A stretch of DNA of 63,774 nt, the filler included, from Chthonomonadaceae bacterium (GTDB taxonomy: Bacteria; Armatimonadota; Chthonomonadetes; Chthonomonadales; Chthonomonadaceae), in assembly GCA_035650735.1 (NCBI GenBank). It is 5 parts of 5 records of this genome, joined end to end, with 100 filler letters (N's around TTAATTAATTAA, not from the genome) between each part and the next. Parts side by side here need not be neighbours in the genome. Positions count along the whole stretch, not along the records: positions 48,448 to 61,254 come from DASRGZ010000074.1; 4 more parts are not named here. One strand, written 5' to 3'. A model generated the notes under the pieces. It was not told the DNA's origin. It ran no database searches and saw nothing but the letters and a program-made list of their open reading frames with translations. Position numbers and translations under genes: made by a program. Position 1 is the stretch's first letter, and the number at the start of each line of letters is the position of its first letter. Positions 49,588-58,023 of the stretch are shown here, piece by piece.

Positions 49588-50197
49588 ATGAATAAGAAGC
49601 TGGGCGCTCCTGCTTGGGATTGGTCTGCCTATAATGAGGAGAACGCGAAGAGTTGCGTTTATGCCGTGGAGGGACGTTTTGCTGCCTATCTGAATTGGGG
49701 GTAGACACTCCCAGCCGTGTGGATCAATCTCACGTAGCCTGCTGCTGAGGAGATACGTCCACACCGTTGGGAGCGATTACCGAATTGGGATGCTGTGGTA
49801 GATTTCCAATTCAGTCTGCATTTCATGGCGACAACATTACCGTGCGATGAAGAGGTAGGCATTTGGTCGAATGCCAGTTATCCTCTGATGCTACCGGCGC
49901 GTCCCATCGGCTACTGTGAAATCAATCTCATCAAAAATATAGACAAGGCTACCGAGGAGTTTCGACAGTTAGGCAAGGTAGTGGATGCCCCAGATAGTGA
50001 TCGGCTGGACTTTTTTGACACGTGCAGAAGTCAAGCAAGCCTATCTACAGCTAATCAGGCTGGGAAAGAAGCCGACAGACCAGAAGCATGGAGTACTCTT
50101 CGATGCCTTAGAAGTGGAACTGGTGGGAGATTCCGACTTTTTCCTCGCTCTGAAACGGCAACAGAGCCGCCAGCCTGACATCCGAACTCAAGATTGA
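49588..50197 (+). pseudogene. Hypothetical gene disrupted by MITE B and a probable poly-T frameshift
   Basis: Removing the MITE and one TSD joins MNKKLGAPAWDW...AAYLNW in frame to DAVVDFQFSLH...; continues in another frame after the T-run near 50011. Confidence 0.6.
49700..49781. mobile_element. MITE family B, copy 3
   Basis: 82 bp, one substitution versus copy 2; TSD gaattggg. Confidence 0.92.
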
Positions 50198-50212
50198 GGA
50201 GAAACACTTGAG

Positions 50213-52684
50213 ATGCCCTGCTTTGCTGTCCTGGCCTGGCGACGAGCATCCTGTACGGCCTGGGTTATTTTCCTGGCCTGCCTGGGGCTGTTCGGCGGCG
50301 CGGCACGGGCAGAGACGGTCCTGACGGTCTTCGCGCAAGCCTACACGCCCGAAATCAGCACCGGCGACAACCCGAAGCCGCTGCACGAGATGACCCGCCT
50401 GGCGCATGCGTTCGAGCGGTTGCATCCGGGCGTGCGCGTCCGCTTCCTCAAGAACCCGGTCGGCGACTATCGCACCTGGATGCGAACGCAGCTCCAGGGC
50501 GGCATGGCTCCCGACATCATGTGGGCGCACTCGACCTGGTGCAACGAGGACGCCAAATACGGCTGGTTCGTCAACCTCGATCCCTACCTGGCGCAGCCGA
50601 ATCCCTACTGCGCGCCGGGGCAGCGCGGCGCGAAGCGCTGGCGCGATCTCTTCTATGTGGACGCGACCAACGCCAAGCGTGCCCCCGACGGCCACCTCTA
50701 CGCCCTGCCCATTGACCAGGTCGAAACCGCCATCTACTACAACAAAGACCTGTTCCGCAAGGCTGGCGTCGAGCCGCCCCGTACCTGGGCGGAGTTCATC
50801 GCCATCCAGAAGCGGCTCAAGCAGGCCGGCATCATCCCCTTCCTGATGACCGCCCAGCAGGATATGCGCCTCTCCTGGGCGCGGGCGATTCTGCTGGATC
50901 AGCTCTGGGCGGACAAGCTGCCCCGGATGGATGTGCGCACGACCGGCGCCATCGGCTTCCCCGGCGTGGACGACCAGGAGTTCATCCGCGCCTACGAGAA
51001 GGGTATCTTCTCCGTGCGCGACCCGCGCTACCGGGAGATGCTGCGCCTGCTCAAAGAGTGGTCGCAGTACTGGCAGCCCGGCGCGCTCGCCACGCAGGAC
51101 GACCGCCTGTTCCGGCTGGGCCGCGCCGCGATGTGGTGGGACGGAAGCTGGTACGCGCCCCAGATCGCCCGCGACCCCATGCGCGCGTTTGAATTCGGCA
51201 TCTTCCTGGTGCCGCCGCTGACCAAAGAGAGCTCGCCCTATGCCTCCGGGACGGGCGCGCGCGGCGTCGGCGGGGCGACCTCCATCCAGTACGCCATCAC
51301 CAACACGGCGGTCTCCGGAGGCAAGCTGGAGCTCGCCGTGGACTTCCTGCGCTTCCTCACCGCGCCGCAGAACCTGGGGCCGCTCGTCAGCGAGGCGGGC
51401 TTGTTCCTGCCCAACGTGCCGGGGCTGGAAGGCTCACCCCTCTTAAAGCCGTTCCAGAAGGTGCTGCAAGCCGGTCACGTTCGCTTCGGCGGCGAGATGG
51501 CCGGGCCGGTCTACAGCGACCGCAGCTTTCGCGTGCTTCAGGGCTACCTAGGCGGGCAGTACACGGAAGAGGAGGCGCTGGCACGGCTGGAGAAGTACCT
51601 TGCGGCGGGCGTGGATCAAACGCTCAAGGATAACGCGGCGGTGTGGCGCTTCGGTAACGACTGGGAGATACGGCCCGCGCCCCCGTCCTTCGCGCAGGCC
51701 GCTTCCGCGTCGGCCCGCAGGCCGTGGGGCCTCCTTATCGGCATCGGGATCGCGCTGGCGGCGCTCCTGGGCGTGACGCTCAGCCTGCCGGGGCCGCGTC
51801 GGACGCTGCGCCGCCACAAAACCAGCTACCTGTTCCTGCTGCCCACGTTCGCCCTGCTGATTCTGTTTAGCTACTATCCCATCGCCTCCGCGCTCGGCCA
51901 CTCCTTCACCGAATGGAAGGGCAGCGGCACGGCGACCTTTATCGGCCTGGACAACTTTCGCGAGATGTGGCAGGACGATGTGCTGCGCGACTCGGTCGGG
52001 AACATGGTTAAGCTCCTGCTGGCCGGGATCGTCCTCTCGCTGACGGTGCCGCTTCTGGTGGCGGAGATGATCTTCGCGCTGGGCGGCGAGCGCGCCCGCT
52101 ACCTCTACCGCGTCCTGTTCGTCGTGCCGATGGTCGTGCCGGGGGTCGTCACCTTGCTTATCTGGGGCTTCATCTACGACAACAACCTGGGCCTGCTTAA
52201 TCACGCGCTGGACACGCTCGGCCTGGGCGGATGGAAGCACGCCTGGCTGGGCGAGCCGGGGCTGGCGCTCTACGCGCTGATGTTTATGGGCTTTCCCTGG
52301 GTCGGAGGCTTCGCGCTGCTGATCTACTACGCCGGGCTGCAAAACATTCCGGGCGACGTGTTCGACTCGGCGCGCATTGACGGGGCGACGGGGCTGGCGC
52401 GCTTCCGCTTTGTGGACCTGCCGCTCCTGATGGGGCAGGTGAAGCTGCTGGTCGTGCTGGGGTTCATCGGCGGGCTCCAAGGCTTCCAGACGCAACTGCT
52501 GTTGACCAACGGCGGCCCGGCCTTCGCGACGATGGTGCCGGGGATGCACATGTACCAGAACGCGATTAGCTTTGACCGCATGGGATACGCCTGCGCCATC
52601 GGCGTTGCGCTCTTCCTGGCGATTCTGGGCATTACGTATCTCAACATGAAATACCTGCGCTCCAGCGTGGAGTACCAGCCATGA
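50213..52684 (+). CDS. Fused carbohydrate ABC solute-binding protein plus permease
   Basis: Signal peptide; APDIMW, IYYNKDLFRKAG SBP; then YLFLLP..., GLQNIPGDVFDSARIDGA EAA loop. Confidence 0.9.
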   Translation: MPCFAVLAWRRASCTAWVIFLACLGLFGGAARAETVLTVFAQAYTPEISTGDNPKPLHEMTRLAHAFERLHPGVRVRFLKNPVGDYRTWMRTQLQGGMAPDIMWAHSTWCNEDAKYGWFVNLDPYLAQPNPYCAPGQRGAKRWRDLFYVDATNAKRAPDGHLYALPIDQVETAIYYNKDLFRKAGVEPPRTWAEFIAIQKRLKQAGIIPFLMTAQQDMRLSWARAILLDQLWADKLPRMDVRTTGAIGFPGVDDQEFIRAYEKGIFSVRDPRYREMLRLLKEWSQYWQPGALATQDDRLFRLGRAAMWWDGSWYAPQIARDPMRAFEFGIFLVPPLTKESSPYASGTGARGVGGATSIQYAITNTAVSGGKLELAVDFLRFLTAPQNLGPLVSEAGLFLPNVPGLEGSPLLKPFQKVLQAGHVRFGGEMAGPVYSDRSFRVLQGYLGGQYTEEEALARLEKYLAAGVDQTLKDNAAVWRFGNDWEIRPAPPSFAQAASASARRPWGLLIGIGIALAALLGVTLSLPGPRRTLRRHKTSYLFLLPTFALLILFSYYPIASALGHSFTEWKGSGTATFIGLDNFREMWQDDVLRDSVGNMVKLLLAGIVLSLTVPLLVAEMIFALGGERARYLYRVLFVVPMVVPGVVTLLIWGFIYDNNLGLLNHALDTLGLGGWKHAWLGEPGLALYALMFMGFPWVGGFALLIYYAGLQNIPGDVFDSARIDGATGLARFRFVDLPLLMGQVKLLVVLGFIGGLQGFQTQLLLTNGGPAFATMVPGMHMYQNAISFDRMGYACAIGVALFLAILGITYLNMKYLRSSVEYQP

Positions 52685-53610
52685 TCAGGGAAGCTGCCAG
52701 CCGGAAGCGCGCGGCCCGGACCCGGCCTCAGGCAGAGCGGCAACACTCCTCCGCCCGACGGCGGCGGGAACTGGCGCTGCACCTGCCGCTGGCGCTGCTG
52801 GTGGCACTGACGTTCTATCCGTTCCTCTTTCTCTTGCAGACCTCCCTCAAGGACAACCCCCAGTTCTTCCACGATTTCTGGGGCCTGCATCCGCCCTTCC
52901 ACTGGAGCAACTACGCCGACGCCTGGGGCGCGATCAACCACTACATCGGCAACACGCTGATCGTGACGATCTCGACGGTGATAGGGACGGTGGCGGTCGC
53001 GGCGCTTTCGGCCTATACCTTCGCGCGGCACCGTTTTCCAGGGCGCGAGTTTCTGTTCTACGCCATTCTTTCCCTGATGATGGTGCCGGGCGTGCTGACG
53101 CTGATCTCGGCCTTCATGTGGATGAAGCACTTCCCGCTGGCGGGCGGCAACGACCTCTGGGGCGAGGGCGGCAACGGGCTGCTGAACTCGCATCTGGCGC
53201 TGATTCTGCCGGGCATCGCGGGCGGGCAGGTCTTTGCCATCTTTATCCTGCGCAGCTTCATGGCCTCGCTTCCGGAAGAGCTATTTGAGGCGGCGCGGAT
53301 AGATGGGGCCGGCGAATGGCTGCTCTTCAGCCGGATCGCCGTGCCGCTCTCCCGGCCCATCCTGGGCACCATCGCCATCATGGGCACGCTCTCGACCTGG
53401 AACGACTACGTCTGGCCCTATATCGTCCTCTCCGACGACGCCCGCAAGACCTTAAGCGTCGGGCTGGCCTTCTTTCGCGGCGCCTACGCCACCACCTACG
53501 GCCCGCTGATGGCCGGCTACGTCCTCGCCTCCCTGCCGCTGCTGGTTCTCTTCCTCCTGACCATGCGGACGTTTATCTCCGGCCTGACCTCCGGCGCGCT
53601 CAAAGGCTAG
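52681..53610 (+). CDS. Carbohydrate ABC permease (MalG-like)
   Basis: LPEELFEAARIDGA, WNDYVWP, TFISGLTSGALKG; ATGA overlap. Confidence 0.93.
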   Translation: MIREAASRKRAARTRPQAERQHSSARRRRELALHLPLALLVALTFYPFLFLLQTSLKDNPQFFHDFWGLHPPFHWSNYADAWGAINHYIGNTLIVTISTVIGTVAVAALSAYTFARHRFPGREFLFYAILSLMMVPGVLTLISAFMWMKHFPLAGGNDLWGEGGNGLLNSHLALILPGIAGGQVFAIFILRSFMASLPEELFEAARIDGAGEWLLFSRIAVPLSRPILGTIAIMGTLSTWNDYVWPYIVLSDDARKTLSVGLAFFRGAYATTYGPLMAGYVLASLPLLVLFLLTMRTFISGLTSGALKG

Positions 53611-53654
53611 CCGGAATCCCGGCTGAAAAAGTTTGAAGTATCGGCAAAATACTG

Positions 53655-53680
53655 GGAACTTTTCCGCCGGATTCGTCGTT
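53655..53680 (+). promoter_or_regulatory. ECF-type promoter
   Basis: GGAACT-N16-CGTT about 400 nt upstream of the second ECF sigma. Confidence 0.55.
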
Positions 53681-54082
53681 TTAATGAAGTGATAAGCCTA
53701 ATTTTGCCGCGCACATTTGCTCGGCGCGCTTACAACCACATAATAAAGTGAATATCGTGTCCCGTCGGTCGGCAACGTTGTCGTCGCGGGAGGCCACGAG
53801 CGTCACGTCATGGTGAAGTCAGGCCATGCGAAACCGTTATCCTGCGTTTCGTATGGACAGGCCATGATGGAGACGCTTTTTGTTTTCAACTGAATAGCTT
53901 CCAAATTCAATAGCGATAACTGAATAAGGCTTGAGACAATTGAATACCGCATAGAGCTTCGGACGCGGCAATGTTTGTCGCTCCAGGCAGGCTAAGAAAG
54001 TCTACGCTTAGTCAACTCAAAATCTGTATCTTTGAGACCAACGCACCCAGACCTAAACACCCTGTCAGGAGAGAGAACAACC

Positions 54083-54766
54083 ATGCATCCGATGACTCAA
54101 ACCACCGAAACGACGCACACCCACACCGATCATAACCCCAGTTCCACTCTGTTTGCCAACCATTCCTATGCGCCGGACTCGGCGGGCGAGGCGGCCCTTC
54201 TAGAGCGCTGCAAGCAAGGCGACCAGAGCGCCTGGGATACTCTGATCCGTCGTTACGAGAAGTCGGTCTACAAGTTCGCTTACTCCCTGTGCCGCAACCA
54301 TGAAGAGGCCGGCGATATCGCCGGGCAGGTCTTCCTGCGGCTTTACCAGAACCTGCACACCTTCCGCAACGAGGCCAGCTTTACCTCCTGGCTGTTCCGC
54401 ATCGTGCGCAACACCTATCTGGACCTGTGCGTTCGGCCCGCCCATCGCAGCCATCTGAGCCTGGATGCCAATCCCAACAACGACGGCGAGCCGTTCGCCG
54501 GCCGCGATATCCTCGATCCGTCGCCGACGCCCGAGGCCCGCTGCATGGAGCGCGAGACGGCTCAACTGCTGGCCAAGGCGATCCGGCACCTGCCGGCCTA
54601 TCAGCGCCAGGTGCTGCGGATGTATCACAGCGAAGGCAAGTCCTATGAAGAGATCGCGGATGCGACCGGCCTGTCCATCGGCACCGTCAAGTCGCGCCTG
54701 AATCGCGCGCGCAACATGCTGCGCGAGCGCCTGGCCCCGTATCAGGAAGCGCTCATGGCGGCCTAA
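54083..54766 (+). CDS. ECF sigma-70 factor (no adjacent anti-sigma)
   Basis: GDQSAWDTL, EASFTSWLFRIVRN, SYEEIADATGLSIGTVKSRLNRAR. Confidence 0.93.
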   Translation: MHPMTQTTETTHTHTDHNPSSTLFANHSYAPDSAGEAALLERCKQGDQSAWDTLIRRYEKSVYKFAYSLCRNHEEAGDIAGQVFLRLYQNLHTFRNEASFTSWLFRIVRNTYLDLCVRPAHRSHLSLDANPNNDGEPFAGRDILDPSPTPEARCMERETAQLLAKAIRHLPAYQRQVLRMYHSEGKSYEEIADATGLSIGTVKSRLNRARNMLRERLAPYQEALMAA

Positions 54767-54979
54767 GCCTTCAGGGAGTTCGTAGCACACGCTTTACCGT
54801 GCAGAAAGCCGCGAGGCAGGAGTATTTCCCCTCGCGGCTTTCCCCTTGGCAAGTTGCCCCTGCCTCCTTCTGCATCAAACCCTCTACCCTTCCTGACTTC
54901 TCGCCTCATGCCGGGCCGTGCTTTCAGGCATCCCTTATTGTTCACTCAAGACCAGGCCATGATATAATGAGGGTACTTA

Positions 54980-55082
54980 ACTCAAGTTGCTACCTTGCCT
55001 CTTCGAGAAGGCAAACGGTGATGCAAAAGCCGGTTTCCAGAGCGATTCTCTCTCAAACGTGTTCCTAGGTAGCAACTTGGGT
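54980..55082. mobile_element. MITE family A, copy 3
   Basis: Same 103-bp sequence; TSD tactta; inserted just after TGATATAAT (54960-54968). Confidence 0.92.
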
Positions 55083-55123
55083 TACTTATTCAACTGGTCA
55101 CAACACGAGGTCGTAGGAAGCAT

Positions 55124-55498
55124 ATGGAAGGCAAACACTGGATGCTGTGGGACGGCGATTGAGGACTATGACGCCGTGTCGCCGCCTGGGTCAGGCGCAA
55201 AGACAAGCAGCATAAGTTTCTGGTCGTGCCCTATCAGGAGGCGCCGTCTCCGCCGATGACGCCCGCGCTCTATGAAGCCTGCAAGCGCGCCGTCCACGTC
55301 ATCAAGAGCGATGGCACGGTGCTGCGGGCGGGACGGGCGTCGCTGTTCGTGCTGGAGCAGATCGGCTGGGGCTGGGCAGCTCGCCTGCTGATGCTGCCGC
55401 CGTTTATCTGGGCGGTGGAACTGGGCTATGCCCTGGTCGCCCGGAACCGCTCGTTTTTCGCGCGCTTCCTGTTCACGAAGGAGCAGAGAGGACAATGA
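55124..55498 (+). CDS. DCC/DUF393 thiol-disulfide oxidoreductase, candidate double selenoprotein (UxxU), 124 aa
   Basis: ATG 55124 (AGGAAG RBS) reads MEGKHWMLWDGD-TGA-GL-TGA-RRVAAWVRRKDKQHKFLVVPYQ..., in frame with ORF 55226-55498; TGAs at 55160 and 55169 occupy both Cys positions of DxxCxxC. Confidence 0.85.
55177..55205 (+). promoter_or_regulatory. Candidate bacterial SECIS element
   Basis: Upper stem cgcctg-GGT-caggcg (55183-55197) starting 11 nt after the second TGA; lower stem tgtc/gaca. Confidence 0.7.
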
Positions 55499-56274
55499 CC
55501 GCGCCGCCTCCAGCAGACGCCATTGATCGCGTGGCTCCCACGCGGCGGCCTCCCGGCAGAACAGCCATGTGGCAGCGCTGGGCGGACCTGCTTTTTTTGC
55601 ATTGGGCCGTCCCGCCTGACCGGCTGCGCGCCCTGCTGCCGCCCGGACTGGAGCTGGACACGCTCGAGGGCAAAGCCTACGTCGGCCTGGTGCCCTTCAC
55701 GATGACCGGCGTACGTCCGGTCTGGGCGCCGCCATGGGCGCCGCTTTCCAACTTCCATGAGACCAACGTGCGGACGTATGTGCATCGTGAGGGCCGCGAC
55801 CCGGGCGTCTGGTTTTTCAGCCTGGACGCCTCCAACTCGATTGCCGTCCGGATTGCCCGCGCCCTCTGGAGATTGCCTTATCATTACGCCCGGATGAGCC
55901 TGATCCGGGAGAGCGATGGGACCGCACAGGGAAATGGCTACCCGTGCGTGCGGTACTGCACCGAGCGGCTCTGGCCCGGTCCGCTGCCCGCCTCTTGCCG
56001 GGTTCGCTACGGCCCCTGCGGCCCGGCAGCCCCCGCCGCCGTCGGCACGCTCGAACACTTTCTCGTCGAGCGCTATATCCTCTACGCCTACGCGCGCGGT
56101 CGGCTCTATTCCGGGCGCGTCCACCACCGGCCCTATCCTTTGCAGCCTGCCGCCTGCGACTCGCTGGAGGAGAACCTGATCGCGGCTGCCGGGATTAACC
56201 GTCCCGACGAGGCTCCACTGGCGCATTACGCCAGCGAGGTATGCGTCCGTATCTTCCCGCTGCGGCGCGTGTAG
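55495..56274 (+). CDS. DUF2071/YqjF family protein
   Basis: MWQRWADLLFLHW, LELDT, VGLVPF, FHETNVRTYV, PGVWFFSLDA, FLVERY, HHRPYPLQ. Confidence 0.9.
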   Translation: MTAPPPADAIDRVAPTRRPPGRTAMWQRWADLLFLHWAVPPDRLRALLPPGLELDTLEGKAYVGLVPFTMTGVRPVWAPPWAPLSNFHETNVRTYVHREGRDPGVWFFSLDASNSIAVRIARALWRLPYHYARMSLIRESDGTAQGNGYPCVRYCTERLWPGPLPASCRVRYGPCGPAAPAAVGTLEHFLVERYILYAYARGRLYSGRVHHRPYPLQPAACDSLEENLIAAAGINRPDEAPLAHYASEVCVRIFPLRRV

Positions 56275-56304
56275 GTTCGCGCGGCGCTGCGGAAGAGGGG
56301 AGAG

Positions 56305-56535
56305 GCCCTCACACCGGCCCCTCGTGCAGGGTGTAGGGTATAGGTGTAGGGGCGCCCTCCGCTGCGGGAGAAGGGGGAGGAGAAGCCGAGATTTACCGCT
56401 GCCTGCGTAGGCAGAACGTTCCGCCCACGTAGGTGGGCGGCGGGCCTCGCTAGGCGGAGGCGCGAGCGAGCGTAGCGCCGACCCTGGCAGCGCCCCACAG
56501 CGGCAGGGTTTAGCCTGCCGGAATGGGGGTTAGGT
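56305..56535. repeat. Composite REP-like element
   Basis: gtgtagg heptamers, ctgcctgcgtaggcag, cgcccacgtaggtgggcg, gcgccccacagcggcagggtttagcctgccg, terminal ggggttaggt. Confidence 0.8.
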
Positions 56536-56553
56536 AAGTCCGCGCAGGGAGGG

Positions 56554-57876
56554 CTAGAGCGAGAGGCGGTGGATGCGCGTGCGCCAACGCTTGCTAAGGC
56601 CGTCCCCCGACCAGGAGAGCCAGTTCTCCAGGTCTTCCATCTGCGCCCAGTACAGGTAGCCGCCGTCTATGCCAATGGGGATGGCCTGAGCGGGCAGATG
56701 CGCGCCGGAGAACGGCTCGATGCGGGGGCGTGCGCCGGGGCGAATGCGCAGCACGTTTTCGCCCTGGTGTTCGGCGGCGACTGCCCAGAGGGCGTTCTGC
56801 GCTGACTCGAAGAACAGAATAGACCCTGTCTCGGAAAGTTCCGGGGCGGGATACCGCTGCGGGTCGCTGCCGTCGAGGTGCATGGAAAGGATCTCCGCCG
56901 TGTCCGCCGACCTCTCGGCATCCGAGCCTGTCGGCATGGCCAGGGCGTAGAGGCGGCCCTCTAGAGCGGCGAGAGCGACGAAGGTGTCTGGCAGGACGGC
57001 CAGCACGCGCACGCGCTCCGTGGCCGCATCGTAGCGGCAGAGGCGCGTGCCGAAGATGGAGGGAAAGTTGCCCCGGGTCGCCGGAACGGAGCGGTGATCC
57101 AGCCAGTAGACATCGTCGCCGACCGTGACGAGCTTGGGCTGGACGCGATCCCCGTACCAGAGCAGATCATGGGCTACGGAATGGAAGCGTCCATCCTGGC
57201 GCGAGACGGCGATCAGCTCGCTATGGCCGCGCCTACCGACAAGCATCGGCGGGCCGCTGCCCACCTTATGCAGGCACTGCTCGGTGGGGTGGGCGTTGAC
57301 CCAGTAGAGGAAGTGGGGCGTCAGGGCCAGACAGATCGGGCGTGCCTCGGCGGCGCCAAGCGGCACCTCTGTCGCAGGCCCGCCACTCCAGGGCGCGCGC
57401 CATAGGCGCGCGCAGCGGGGAAGGGTGAGGCCGGGCCAGTACCGTAGACTCGAGTCGGTAGCCGTGTGGCGTACCAGATGCGCCAGGTGGCCGTGCGCTT
57501 CTATCAACAGGTACTCGGAGGGCGCCCGGTCATCCTCGCTCTGATGGCCAGGCAGGTTTGCCTGTCCATCCTGGGCGAGATAGTAGAGGGCATCGTCGGC
57601 AAACAGCAGGGAATAGGGATGGAAGGGAAGCGGGCCGAGGTGGACGGAGGCGAACCTGCCGCCGTCGCCGGGCGCACAGATCAGCCGGGCGGTATCCGCT
57701 CTCTGATCCAGCGTATAGACCCGCCCCTGAAATGCCCACAGATCCGTCCGTTTGCCGGGAAGCACAATCTGGGAGGCGTTGTGCCGGTTCCACAGCCAGA
57801 GCGCGGCGATCATCGCGAAGCAGAAAGCCGTCGCCTTGCGTGCCCGTATCCCGGTTTGCTGCGGTGTAAGCTGCAT
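56554..57876 (-). CDS. Membrane-anchored hypothetical protein, probable beta-propeller
   Basis: N-terminal TM; repeated LYW/VYW/LYY blade-like motifs; start at MQLTPQQ. Confidence 0.65.
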   Translation of the reverse strand: MQLTPQQTGIRARKATAFCFAMIAALWLWNRHNASQIVLPGKRTDLWAFQGRVYTLDQRADTARLICAPGDGGRFASVHLGPLPFHPYSLLFADDALYYLAQDGQANLPGHQSEDDRAPSEYLLIEAHGHLAHLVRHTATDSSLRYWPGLTLPRCARLWRAPWSGGPATEVPLGAAEARPICLALTPHFLYWVNAHPTEQCLHKVGSGPPMLVGRRGHSELIAVSRQDGRFHSVAHDLLWYGDRVQPKLVTVGDDVYWLDHRSVPATRGNFPSIFGTRLCRYDAATERVRVLAVLPDTFVALAALEGRLYALAMPTGSDAERSADTAEILSMHLDGSDPQRYPAPELSETGSILFFESAQNALWAVAAEHQGENVLRIRPGARPRIEPFSGAHLPAQAIPIGIDGGYLYWAQMEDLENWLSWSGDGLSKRWRTRIHRLSL

Positions 57877-58023
57877 GTTGCTGCCCTCTACGTATGCCGA
57901 TTTGCCATTATAGCAATCGGAGGCCGCCGTGTCAATATGGGCTGCATGGCCGGGCGGGTACATTATTGACATGCGGCGGCCCAACGGACAGCGCCGCCAG
58001 CAAGGGAAGGGAACGCAAAGCGA

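Noticed and set aside
55226..55498. 90-aa ORF MPYQEAP as the full gene
   Set aside because: It lacks the family's N-terminal redox motif, which lies upstream in frame across two TGA codons
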